Virus record (IMG/VR): IMGVR_UViG_3300021962_000134
Coordinates: 1 to 54,512 of that record
Source: a virus
Taxonomy: Duplodnaviria; Caudoviricetes
Direction: 5' to 3' (one strand)
DNA: 54,512 bases
The notes below the pieces were generated by a model. It had not been told where the DNA came from. It was given only the letters and a program-made list of their open reading frames with translations, and made no database searches. The position numbers and the translations under genes are program-made. Numbering within the stretch: the stretch's first letter is position 1; the number at the start of each line of letters is the position of its first letter. This document shows, in pieces, positions 28,033 through 36,493 of this stretch.

Positions 28033-28626
28033 TTATCTCCTAATGTTGGCACGACGACCAGTGTAAACTCTGAACAACTCCATGGGCACATCACGACCCT
28101 CCGTCAAACGCTCTTTCATAAAACTGTTAAGTGTCTGGGGGTGGACGCTGGTTGCCCGTTTGTAATTTAGATGTTGGTCACGCAAAGCTGCAGTGAATGC
28201 GTTTGCTGCCTCGTCCTCATCACGTCCAAATTGAACCTCAACTGCGCTCTTGATCAGATCCCCGCCACCATTGGCGCGTAACCAATCAAAGCACTGCTGT
28301 TGGAGTAACAACAACTCTGCCCGCACAGATTCCTCTTTGGCGCGGTCGATTGCACCTTGCGAGGGAATGCTTGCTTGGATCACATCCTTCACGTCGATCT
28401 TCGAACCATCGTTCAGTTCAAAGCTACGGATGTTGAGCTCTTGCATCAGATCTGGTAGATCGTTCTCCGCCAACACTTTGAGATCCTGCTTCTTTTGCTT
28501 CAACAGCTCTTCCATGCGTTCAATCTCAGCTTCGAGATTGACCATGCGTTGAGCCATGTCTGCGACTGCACCAAGTTCTGTGGACGCTGGTGCCACGTCC
28601 ATGAGCAGATCAATGTCGGTTGACAT
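28033..28626 (-). CDS. Conserved replication-module protein (coiled coil plus VHPQTL motif)
   Basis: LPDLM.E...F.L.DG, WLR.NG.GD, VHPQTL; start at MSTDID after the RBS. Confidence 0.7.
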   Translation of the reverse strand: MSTDIDLLMDVAPASTELGAVADMAQRMVNLEAEIERMEELLKQKKQDLKVLAENDLPDLMQELNIRSFELNDGSKIDVKDVIQASIPSQGAIDRAKEESVRAELLLLQQQCFDWLRANGGGDLIKSAVEVQFGRDEDEAANAFTAALRDQHLNYKRATSVHPQTLNSFMKERLTEGRDVPMELFRVYTGRRANIRR

Positions 28627-28630
28627 ACGT

Positions 28631-28996
28631 TTAGTCTTCCTTTCTAAACTCGAGCGCAACGGGCATGTACCAACCTTTCCGCCTGTCGCGTTCGCCTTCT
28701 TCGAGATTGCGCTCCCAACGGAGCACTCGTACTGTGTTGGCCTTTTCACGTGCGATCATCGTAACAATCATCACCGCAATCGGGTCACCACCTCCTGGCC
28801 AAAGAATATAATCTTCTGCCGAGAAGTCTTTCATGATGCGACGAGCTTTTTGTATGCTCGGCACCGGCAAGAACTGCGGACGGTCGTTTTCCTCGAAAAC
28901 GATCTCGAGTGTACCGTAACGCGCAGCATCACTTAAATCTGGAGTCCACCCGAACTTGTTACGAGTTGGGCGGTTGACTACGTAAACTTTTGGCAC
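28631..28996 (-). CDS. Conserved hypothetical protein, first gene of the leftward arm
   Basis: GTG start after GAGAAAGGA; KVYVV, A.RYG and DYIL...GDP motifs. Confidence 0.75.
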   Translation of the reverse strand: MPKVYVVNRPTRNKFGWTPDLSDAARYGTLEIVFEENDRPQFLPVPSIQKARRIMKDFSAEDYILWPGGGDPIAVMIVTMIAREKANTVRVLRWERNLEEGERDRRKGWYMPVALEFRKED

Positions 28997-29025
28997 TTTC
29001 TGTCCTTTCTCATCGTTGAAGATTA

Positions 29026-29054
29026 ATTATCGTTGTTTTCGGTGCTGAAGAAAA
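29026..29054 (-). promoter_or_regulatory. Leftward promoter P5
   Basis: TTTTCT-N17-GATAAT. Confidence 0.7.
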
Positions 29055-29059
29055 GAAAA

Positions 29060-29360
29060 ATTTTGCGTTTCCGGTTGTTTCCTTATTTTTCAACAACGAA
29101 ACCGCCGAACCCAGACTTTTGGATCGAGTTGTTTTGGACCCCGTCCTTGGAAATTGGTCGGCTTATTATAAAGGAGGATTTTGTGTGTTGTTGTGTGTGT
29201 GAAATTTCAGAGAATCTGTGGTTTCTGGTTTCGGTCTGCTGTTTTATTGAGCAAAAACAAAAGGTTACGGACGAAACCGAAAAACATTATTAGCGGAAAC
29301 GTAACCCAGAGTCTGGGAACTTTTTTTAATATTTTTTGTAAGTCTTTGTTTTAAAACAGA
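29060..29360. repeat. Non-coding repeat region at the strand switch; candidate origin or genome-end region
   Basis: Clustered GAAAC/GTTTC repeats in both orientations (~29066, 29098, 29220, 29273, 29296), T-rich tracts and two oppositely oriented GTAAnnnTTGTTTT boxes. Confidence 0.5.
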
Positions 29361-29379
29361 AACAAAAGTGATAAAAATG

Positions 29380-29408
29380 TTGCTCTGTTCCCCGAAAAGA
29401 GAGATAAT
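29380..29408 (+). promoter_or_regulatory. Rightward promoter P6
   Basis: TTGCTC-N17-GATAAT, then a CGGGA/TCCCG hairpin and TGAGAAAGGA. Confidence 0.75.
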
Positions 29409-29453
29409 TACTTCATCGGGAAATAAATCCCGCCAACTGAGAAAGGAAATAAA

Positions 29454-29792
29454 ATGTCTACATTGGTTTGTGTTTGGCAACAAGACTGGAACAACAACAA
29501 CGAACTCCGCATGGTGGCTGTTGTGGATGCTCCAACCGACAATAACACTCTTGCACTCAGCGATGCTTATGCAATGACGCAAACGGTTGATGATTACTGG
29601 TGGAACAACGGTGCTGTTCAAAAATGTTTCACTGGCAAGGGTTGTGCTTCGACTTCGGTTGGTGATGTGTTGCACACTTCACAAGGTTGGTTCCGAGTTG
29701 AGCCAGTTGGGTTTAAGCGCGTTGACTTAGAAGATTTGAATTTTGGTAAAGAAATTGTTGAGACCAAAAGCGTTGAGGAAATTGATTTATAA
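29454..29792 (+). CDS. Hypothetical early protein (STSVGD motif)
   Basis: STSVGDV...F.VEPVGF; strong RBS. Confidence 0.75.
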   Translation: MSTLVCVWQQDWNNNNELRMVAVVDAPTDNNTLALSDAYAMTQTVDDYWWNNGAVQKCFTGKGCASTSVGDVLHTSQGWFRVEPVGFKRVDLEDLNFGKEIVETKSVEEIDL

Positions 29793-29799
29793 TTTACAC

Positions 29800-29825
29800 G
29801 AGGGGGGCTTATCCCCCTCATTTTT
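29800..29825 (+). terminator. Rho-independent terminator
   Basis: GAGGGGG/CCCCCTC stem, then ATTTTT. Confidence 0.65.
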
Positions 29826-29842
29826 GAGAAAGGAAACAAGTT

Positions 29843-30166
29843 ATGAAAAAGTTTTGCAACCAACACCTCTACAGCGACATTGAGCCTTACGAAGTTGTCC
29901 GAGTGATCTCAGAGAAAACAATTGAGATTCGTCAGATGAAAGCAGTCGAAACAAATTGGGGCAGGGAGTTTATCCCAGGAGGATTTTTTGGACACACCCC
30001 AAATCAGGATCAGCAAAAGTGGTTGATTACGTCGGACGAAACAAAACCAATCATCCGCGCTCGGTTCAATAAACCAAAGGGCTACAAGCACGGGTTCTGG
30101 AGAAGCAAGCATGGTCGGCACTACCTAGCCGATGAGCCAATTAAATTCTACGATTACAACTTTTGA
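29843..30166 (+). CDS. Conserved hypothetical early protein
   Basis: YSD..PYEVV...FIPGGF.GH...FYDYNF; TGAGAAAGGA RBS. Confidence 0.75.
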   Translation: MKKFCNQHLYSDIEPYEVVRVISEKTIEIRQMKAVETNWGREFIPGGFFGHTPNQDQQKWLITSDETKPIIRARFNKPKGYKHGFWRSKHGRHYLADEPIKFYDYNF

Positions 30167-30176
30167 GGAGAAGTGT

Positions 30177-30392
30177 GTGGGACTTGTTAAAAGCAGAATG
30201 ATTTTGGAGAACTCCCGAGAGGAGTTCTTCACCTTAAAATTTAACAGAGAAGAACTGCGGTATTTGCTGGATGCGGTTCAGCTTTACTTTCCGGTGGTGG
30301 AAGAAAAATACGACCGACAACAAGAGTTCGAACATAATCTGGCGGTTTTGGGTCACATTGAAAAGAAAATTGAACAACATTTGAGGAGTTGA
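30177..30392 (+). CDS. Hypothetical protein
   Basis: GAGGAG RBS before GTG 30177. Confidence 0.6.
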   Translation: MGLVKSRMILENSREEFFTLKFNREELRYLLDAVQLYFPVVEEKYDRQQEFEHNLAVLGHIEKKIEQHLRS

Positions 30393-30394
30393 AC

Positions 30395-30559
30395 ATGGGT
30401 GATAAAAGCAATTGGACATTACGTTATAACAGAACTGCTCGGGATATTTACGGCAAGAGCCTAATCAGATCAGACTTCGTTGAGCAGAAAGACGAGCGCG
30501 TTGTGGAGTTGTTTATCTGGTGTATGATTGGTTTGGTGCTTGGGGCTTTAATTTTTTAA
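30395..30559 (+). CDS. 54-aa protein with C-terminal TM (not in the ORF track)
   Basis: GAGGAG RBS; ends VVELFIWCMIGLVLGALIF. Confidence 0.6.
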   Translation: MGDKSNWTLRYNRTARDIYGKSLIRSDFVEQKDERVVELFIWCMIGLVLGALIF

Positions 30560-30621
30560 AAAAGGGGAGCATAATTCGGGGTGAGAATTTCACATTCTCT
30601 CCTCCCCTAAGGTAAGTCTTT

Positions 30622-30652
30622 GGGCTACTGAAACTGGTAGCCCTTTTCTTTT
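30622..30652 (+). terminator. Rho-independent terminator closing the rightward early genes
   Basis: GGGCTAC/GTAGCCC stem, then TTTTCTTTT. Confidence 0.75.
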
Positions 30653-30672
30653 GCCGTAAAATCAGCGATACT
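30644..30672 (+). promoter_or_regulatory. Promoter P7 upstream of the terminase operon
   Basis: TTTTCT-N17-GATACT, matching P3-P5. Confidence 0.55.
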
Positions 30673-30720
30673 TGTTGACAGTTAGTTGAACTGTTGACCA
30701 CAGAAATAAAGGTTTTGACC

Positions 30721-31296
30721 ATGGAAAATGGTAAATCAGAGAATAAAAAACGTGTTGGACGTCCTCCAAAAGAAAGAGGAGAGGAAATAATTGTCCAAAG
30801 ACCAGTTAAAGATGGTCCTCCCGTTCAGCCAGAGACTTGGGACGGCAAATTTAAATCAGTTGAGCCGATGAAGTACCAAAAGCCTGCACGCAAAAGCCGG
30901 TACAAGTGGAATCACCACGCAACAATCAATTGGATCATGGGTCAAGCAGACCCTGTCGGGTTTTTGTCGCTTGTGATGCAGGGCAAAGAGATATTCCCAG
31001 TTTACACAAAAGACTCACAAGGCAACGCAACACAATCTGGCAAAATTGCAGCCGATCCCGAACTCAGAGTTCTGGCGGCAAAGACTTTGCTCGGTAAATG
31101 CGTTCCCGATTTAAAAGCAGTGGAAGTAAAAGCACAAGTTGAACAAACACGAGTTTTGGACATAAACAGACTAACAGATAATGACCTCACAACAATTGAA
31201 CGAGTTCTTGAGCACGCTGTCATTGACGGAAGTGAGAGCGGAGAAGATGAGGAGATCACTGAAGGAGTTTACCAAGAGGTCTTGGCAGACGATTGA
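30721..31296 (+). CDS. Terminase small subunit (putative)
   Basis: GRPPK motif, R..AAK.LL.K..PDLKAVE; immediately upstream of TerL. Confidence 0.7.
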   Translation: MENGKSENKKRVGRPPKERGEEIIVQRPVKDGPPVQPETWDGKFKSVEPMKYQKPARKSRYKWNHHATINWIMGQADPVGFLSLVMQGKEIFPVYTKDSQGNATQSGKIAADPELRVLAAKTLLGKCVPDLKAVEVKAQVEQTRVLDINRLTDNDLTTIERVLEHAVIDGSESGEDEEITEGVYQEVLADD

Positions 31297-32692
31297 GCCA
31301 GGACGTGATTTTCACGACAACTGGCACATAGACGCAATCAGCGAACATCTGCAAGCGGTCGTTGAAGGTAAAATCCGGCGGTTGATCATTAACATACCGC
31401 CTCGTCACATGAAGTCTATTTCTGTGGCTGTGGCTTTACCGGCTTGGACTTGGACCATCCAGCCACAAAAGCGTTTTTTGTTTGCTTCGTACGCATCTTC
31501 GCTTTCCATCAGGGATTCAGTTAAGTGTAGGCGGTTGATTGATTCGCCTTGGTATCAACAACACTTCGGGCAAACTTTCCACTTGACCGGAGACCAAAAC
31601 CAGAAACAACGTTTTGAGAACAGCCAAACCGGATACCGCATAGCGACTTCGGTGGATGGTGCGTTGACGGGTGAAGGTGGTGATATTATTGTGATTGATG
31701 ACCCGCACAACGTTCGGGAAGCTGAAAGTTCCGCAGTCAGGGAAGGTGTTCTCGAATGGTGGGATCAGGCGATGCAATCCCGACTCAATGACCCGAAAAC
31801 AGGTGCATTCATTATTATTATGCAGCGAGTGCACGAAAAAGACCTGACCGGACACATTCTGGCGAATGAACTTGGGCAAGAGTGGGATCACCTTTGTCTG
31901 CCGGCAAGGTACGAGATCGGACATCCGACACCGACTTTTTCTTCACTCGGTTTCACTGACCCGAGGACTGAGGAAGGCGAACTGTTGTGGCCAGACCGCA
32001 TCGACGAACCAACGCTTCGGAATCTTGAGCGGTCTTTGGGCAGTTATGCGTCTGCTGGCCAGTTACAGCAAAGACCAATGCCGAAAGGTGGTGGAATTCT
32101 GAGAGCTGAGTGGTGGGTTCCTTGGGATAAACCAGATCTGCCAGATATTGAGTACGTTATCCAATCTTGGGATACGGCTTTCAGCACAAAAGAGAAAACC
32201 TCGTATTCTGCCAGAACCACTTGGGGAGTTTTCAAAAGCCGAGGACAGACCAATGCGATTGTTTTAGATATGTGGTATGACCGCGTGACATATCCGGAGT
32301 TGAGGAGAATAGCTCAAGAAGCGTATAATTCCTACGAACCAGACGCAGTGCTTATTGAAAAGAAGGCATCTGGCCAGAGTTTGATTCAAGATTTACGGGT
32401 TGCAGGAGTTCCAGTGATTGAATACATGCCAGACCGCGATAAAGAAGCACGCGCACATGCAAGTTCTGCATTGCTCGAAGACGGAAGAATTTACTTTCCA
32501 TCAGACAAAAAATGGGCTAAAAACTTAATTGACATCTGTGCAGCCTTTCCAGCCACGGAAAATGACGATATAGTTGACACTTGTACACAGGCTTGGTTGA
32601 GATTACGAAAAGGATGGTTTGTGACTCACTCGCAAGACTACGACGATGACGATTCTGAACTGCCCAAACAGAGGGTAACAATGTATGGCTGA
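31181..32692 (+). CDS. terL: Terminase large subunit
   Basis: INIPPRHMKS, IVIDDP, IMQR.H..D, QQRP, SWDTA, IEKKASG, DDIVD. Confidence 0.95.
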   Translation: MTSQQLNEFLSTLSLTEVRAEKMRRSLKEFTKRSWQTIEPGRDFHDNWHIDAISEHLQAVVEGKIRRLIINIPPRHMKSISVAVALPAWTWTIQPQKRFLFASYASSLSIRDSVKCRRLIDSPWYQQHFGQTFHLTGDQNQKQRFENSQTGYRIATSVDGALTGEGGDIIVIDDPHNVREAESSAVREGVLEWWDQAMQSRLNDPKTGAFIIIMQRVHEKDLTGHILANELGQEWDHLCLPARYEIGHPTPTFSSLGFTDPRTEEGELLWPDRIDEPTLRNLERSLGSYASAGQLQQRPMPKGGGILRAEWWVPWDKPDLPDIEYVIQSWDTAFSTKEKTSYSARTTWGVFKSRGQTNAIVLDMWYDRVTYPELRRIAQEAYNSYEPDAVLIEKKASGQSLIQDLRVAGVPVIEYMPDRDKEARAHASSALLEDGRIYFPSDKKWAKNLIDICAAFPATENDDIVDTCTQAWLRLRKGWFVTHSQDYDDDDSELPKQRVTMYG

Positions 32693-35147
32693 TCCGCTAG
32701 AAGATAACGTGATCCCGTTTGCCGAGGGATCTCCCGCAGATGATTTACAGGTTGAAGCGTTCGGTGAGGATGTTTTAATCGGAGACCCAACACTAGATTT
32801 AATGGACCAAGAGCCAGAGGTTGCGTTCGATGCGAACTTGGCAGAGGTGATTGATGAAAGGACACTTGGTCGGAAGGCTTCAGACCTTATTCATTATTTC
32901 GAGTCCGATAAATCAGCCCGAGCTGAATGGGAGATGCGTTATAAGGAAGGGTTGAAAACGCTGGACCCAGACGGTGGTTTAATGGAGTCTGAGGAAGAGC
33001 GAGCCAGCCGAGGATTGAGCACAGTCGTTCATCCGCTGATCGCTGAAGCTGCGACCCAGTTCAATGCTCGAGCCATAGCCGAGCTTTACCCATCTGGTGG
33101 TCCAGTCAAAACAATCATCGTAGGAAATCCTGACGAAGAGACTGAAGACCAAGCACGACGTGTCAGAGAATTCATGAATTACCAGATCACCGAGCAAATG
33201 CCGGAATACTTCCCAGATCTGGATCAAATGTTGTTTCAGTTACCGCTTGTCGGACAGACATTTAAAAAGGTTTGGTGGGATGCGAACTTGGATCGTCAGT
33301 GCTCACAGTTCGTGAACGCTGAAGACTTTGTTGTTGCTCCGGAAAGCAAAGACCTTTACACATCGCCCAGATACACCCAGTTGATCAGGCTTCCGCGCAA
33401 CGACTTTAATAAGTACGTTCAGGCTGGTTGGTACTTGCCAGTTGAGTATTCTGGTGACGGTATTGACCCATCTGGTAGCACGACTGATGACATCGAGGGT
33501 GTAAATCCATACGCTGATGACCAGCAAGACGAGGTCATGAACCTTTTGGAGATGCACGTTTACGATACTTTTGATGGCATCGATGGGATATCCAAAGAAG
33601 ATGAAAACGACACCAATACTAATATGGTGGCGTTCCCTTATGTGGTAACGATTGACTATGACTCGCAGAAAATCGTTTCAGTTCGACGCAACTGGTACGA
33701 AGGCGACGAAAACAAAAAGCGCAGAGATTGGTTCGTGAGCTATAAGTTCTTGCCAGGAGTTGGATTCTATGGTTTTGGACTTTATCACATTATTGGTGGA
33801 TTGGGCAAAGCTGCAACCGGCGCATTGCGCGCACTTTTGGACTCTGCTGCGTTTGCAAACATGCAAGGTGGCTTTAAACTGAAGGGTCGAGTGAGTGGTG
33901 GCGAGATTGACGTTAATCCAGGAGAGTTTATAGATTTAGACTCGACTGTTGACGATGTGAACAAGGCTATCATGCCGTTACCGTTCAAAGAGCCATCGAG
34001 CACCTTGTTCCAGTTGCTTGGCTTTATTGTTGACGCTGGTCGGAGGTTTGCAAGCACTGCAGACTTGAACGTTGGGGATGTGAACCCGAACGCACCAGTT
34101 GGTTCTACGGTTGCGCTGATTGAGCAAGGTTCAAAGTCGTTCTCAGCGATTCATAAGCGGTTGCACTACTCGCAGGGTCAAGAGTTCAAGATGCTCGCAA
34201 AACTCAACTCTCTCTATCTACCAGAGGAGTTCAGATTCGCAGTTTCTGGCCAGACCGAAGTAATTTTTGCAGCTGATTTTAATGATCGTGTTGACGTGAT
34301 CCCAGTAAGCGACCCAAATATCTTCAGCACCGCACAACGCATCGCTCAAGCACAAGCCATTCTTCAAATGGCACAAACCGCTCCACAGCTTCACGATATG
34401 TACGAAGCCTACAAGCGAATGTACGAGGCGATCCGCATCCCGAACATTGACGAGATTTTGAAAAAGCCAGAAGAGGCTCCAAGGCTCGACCCAATCGACG
34501 AGAACATGTCGGTGCTTTACGGCAAACCGATCCGAGCATTCCCAGAACAAGATCACGACGCACACATTGCGGTTCATATGCAGTTTATGCAAGACCCATC
34601 GTTGGCAGGCAATCCTGGAGCGAAAGCATTGCAACCAGTGCTGATTGCTCACATTGCGGAACACGTGGCGTTGCTTTACCGAACCAGAATGGAGGCAAGC
34701 ATCGGAGTTCCGTTGCCAGCTCTGCCAGATTTGGGAGATAAAAGGTTCGAGTTCGAGGATGTTGATCCGAGGATGGACATGTTGATCAGTCAGCGTGCCG
34801 CACAAGTCGTTCAGCAAGCACCACAGATGCAAGCCATACGTTCACTTCAGCAAGGACAACAACAAGGACAAGGTGGCGAGTTGCAGTACGCTCAACAGCT
34901 GGCACAGCTCGAGGCTCAAGCACTTCAGGCTCGCACCCAAGCACAGATTCAAGCCGACCAAGCTCGGGCACAGTCTGATATCCAGATCGATCAAGCAAAA
35001 GCACAGCAATCTTTGGAGATTCAAAAAGCCAAAACACAAGCTGACCTTGAAGCGAAGATCGCCAAACTACAAGCCGAGCTTCAATTGGAACGAGAAAAGA
35101 ACATGATGAAAATGCAAATGGAGGCACAACGTGGCATCAATCGATGA
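32685..35147 (+). CDS. Portal protein (P22-like, with Gln-rich C-terminal barrel helix)
   Basis: HPLIAEA..QF.A, GFYG.G, APVG.T.AL.E, DH.AHI..H; follows TerL. Confidence 0.9.
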   Translation: MADPLEDNVIPFAEGSPADDLQVEAFGEDVLIGDPTLDLMDQEPEVAFDANLAEVIDERTLGRKASDLIHYFESDKSARAEWEMRYKEGLKTLDPDGGLMESEEERASRGLSTVVHPLIAEAATQFNARAIAELYPSGGPVKTIIVGNPDEETEDQARRVREFMNYQITEQMPEYFPDLDQMLFQLPLVGQTFKKVWWDANLDRQCSQFVNAEDFVVAPESKDLYTSPRYTQLIRLPRNDFNKYVQAGWYLPVEYSGDGIDPSGSTTDDIEGVNPYADDQQDEVMNLLEMHVYDTFDGIDGISKEDENDTNTNMVAFPYVVTIDYDSQKIVSVRRNWYEGDENKKRRDWFVSYKFLPGVGFYGFGLYHIIGGLGKAATGALRALLDSAAFANMQGGFKLKGRVSGGEIDVNPGEFIDLDSTVDDVNKAIMPLPFKEPSSTLFQLLGFIVDAGRRFASTADLNVGDVNPNAPVGSTVALIEQGSKSFSAIHKRLHYSQGQEFKMLAKLNSLYLPEEFRFAVSGQTEVIFAADFNDRVDVIPVSDPNIFSTAQRIAQAQAILQMAQTAPQLHDMYEAYKRMYEAIRIPNIDEILKKPEEAPRLDPIDENMSVLYGKPIRAFPEQDHDAHIAVHMQFMQDPSLAGNPGAKALQPVLIAHIAEHVALLYRTRMEASIGVPLPALPDLGDKRFEFEDVDPRMDMLISQRAAQVVQQAPQMQAIRSLQQGQQQGQGGELQYAQQLAQLEAQALQARTQAQIQADQARAQSDIQIDQAKAQQSLEIQKAKTQADLEAKIAKLQAELQLEREKNMMKMQMEAQRGINR

Positions 35148-35439
35148 GCTCGCGCAAAGATTTCAAATTCAACAAGGAGCTATGCAGCCTGTTAACCCTG
35201 CCGCTTTCAGTGGTCAAACAGACCAACGAGCTCCTGGACCACAACCGCAAGCTGGCCAAAGCCTTAATCCGAGCTCGCAAGAGAGTATGCAAGAATACCT
35301 TATTAATAAAGTGATGGAGCTGAAGCAAAGACTCGGGAGAGGTAACGTTGGTGCGCTGGAAGGATTTTTGGGTGGTATGCGTAATGTGAAACCACAACAA
35401 CCCGAACCACAACCCGAGCAATCTGCTCGTACAATTTAA
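35131..35439 (+). CDS. Hypothetical Gln/Pro-rich protein
   Basis: GGAGG RBS with GTG start, overlapping the portal end. Confidence 0.65.
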   Translation: MASIDELAQRFQIQQGAMQPVNPAAFSGQTDQRAPGPQPQAGQSLNPSSQESMQEYLINKVMELKQRLGRGNVGALEGFLGGMRNVKPQQPEPQPEQSARTI

Positions 35440-35450
35440 GGAGAGCAGAG

Positions 35451-35771
35451 ATGCCAGGATATGCAGACACAGGTGCTTTATCAGGACTTGGTCAAGTTTC
35501 AGACCGAGAAATGCAATCGTTTAACCAAGCAACACCGAGTGAGGGGATTAACCCTTACACATATGAAAATTTAATGCGTTTGCCTGTTGCTGATCAGGTT
35601 ATTCAGTACATGGCGGACAGCACTGGTTTGGCTGTTGAAGACATTGTTGGTCAGATGCAAAGCGGTAAAATACCGCCAGAGGGCATGAAGATGCTTTTCG
35701 ATGAGGCATTTAATATTATGTCAGCACCCAAAGGCGGTTCAGCAATGGATCGTTATAACCAGAGAAGATAA
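35451..35771 (+). CDS. Hypothetical protein
   Basis: AAGGAG RBS. Confidence 0.7.
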   Translation: MPGYADTGALSGLGQVSDREMQSFNQATPSEGINPYTYENLMRLPVADQVIQYMADSTGLAVEDIVGQMQSGKIPPEGMKMLFDEAFNIMSAPKGGSAMDRYNQRR

Positions 35772-35784
35772 TCAGGAGAGCAAA

Positions 35785-36117
35785 ATGGCTGAAGTCAATG
35801 TAGCGAATATTGAAGAGCAAAGAGAGATGTTCGAGATGCAGATGGGTTTCCCAGCTGATTCAGAAGGTCTCGATCTGACCGATGAGCAAGTTGTCAACTT
35901 CATGTTGCTTTGTCACAAAGAGATGGTAGCCCCAGAAGAAATGGAAGAAGATGAAGGCTACGAGGAAGAAGAAGGTCCAGAGCATGAAATGATGGAAGAG
36001 ATGATGCCGGAAGAAGGTGAAATGAAAGTTAAAGTCATCAAGCTCGGAGCTGGCGACATTCAGAATGTGATGGACGACATACTCGGTGCTGGTGGTCCAA
36101 AGATCGAAGGCTATTAA
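35785..36117 (+). CDS. Hypothetical acidic Glu/Met-rich protein
   Basis: AGGAG RBS before ATG 35785. Confidence 0.7.
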   Translation: MAEVNVANIEEQREMFEMQMGFPADSEGLDLTDEQVVNFMLLCHKEMVAPEEMEEDEGYEEEEGPEHEMMEEMMPEEGEMKVKVIKLGAGDIQNVMDDILGAGGPKIEGY

Positions 36118-36120
36118 CCA

Positions 36121-36270
36121 ATGCCAGTCCGGAAAGTCGAAGGTGGTTACAGATGGGGTAAAAGCGGTAAAGTTTACCCAACCAAAGAGCAAGCTGAACG
36201 CCAAGCTCGTGCCATTTACGCTTCCGGATACACAGGTAATAAAAAGGTGAAGAAACGTGGCAAGTCGTAA
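36121..36270 (+). CDS. 49-aa basic protein (not in the ORF track)
   Basis: MPVRKVEGGYRWGKSGKVYPTKEQAERQARAIYASGY... Confidence 0.75.
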   Translation: MPVRKVEGGYRWGKSGKVYPTKEQAERQARAIYASGYTGNKKVKKRGKS

Positions 36271-36493
36271 ATTCAAACCTCAGCCAAAAACCAAAGGCGG
36301 TGTTAATGTAAGTTATGTTCGTGGGGCAAAAAACCCAAAGGCTCAAGAGGCAGAGATTAAAAGCACTGCAAAAAAGTACCGAGAAGGAACTCTTACTAAA
36401 TCAGAAATGGAACGCATAGCCAAAAAAAGGTCAGCCAATGTCACAAAAAGCTACAAAAAAGCCAGCGAAAAAAGAAGCAAAAAGCTCTCCTAA
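36257..36493 (+). CDS. Small basic protein
   Basis: Lys/Arg-rich 78 aa in the tightly packed cluster. Confidence 0.65.
   Translation: MASRKFKPQPKTKGGVNVSYVRGAKNPKAQEAEIKSTAKKYREGTLTKSEMERIAKKRSANVTKSYKKASEKRSKKLS

Noticed and set aside
29033-29675. ORFs 29033-29293, 29265-29675 and 29368-29577
   Set aside because: They overlap promoters and the repeat region, have no RBS and have atypical composition.
15786-32692. Inteins or introns in DnaE, the helicases or TerL
   Set aside because: Proteins are normal or short in length with contiguous motifs; no LAGLIDADG/HNH or intein-end signatures noticed.
33819-33836. GALRAL in the portal as another copy of the GALxxL tag
   Set aside because: It lies in the folded portal core helix, so it is likely coincidental; it also shows the motif needs a statistical test.
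36438-36493. Programmed -1 frameshift fusing ORFs 36257 and 36438 at A-rich runs
   Set aside because: The second ORF is in the +1 frame relative to the first; the A-AAA-AAG heptamer is phased in the downstream ORF and would not fuse them.
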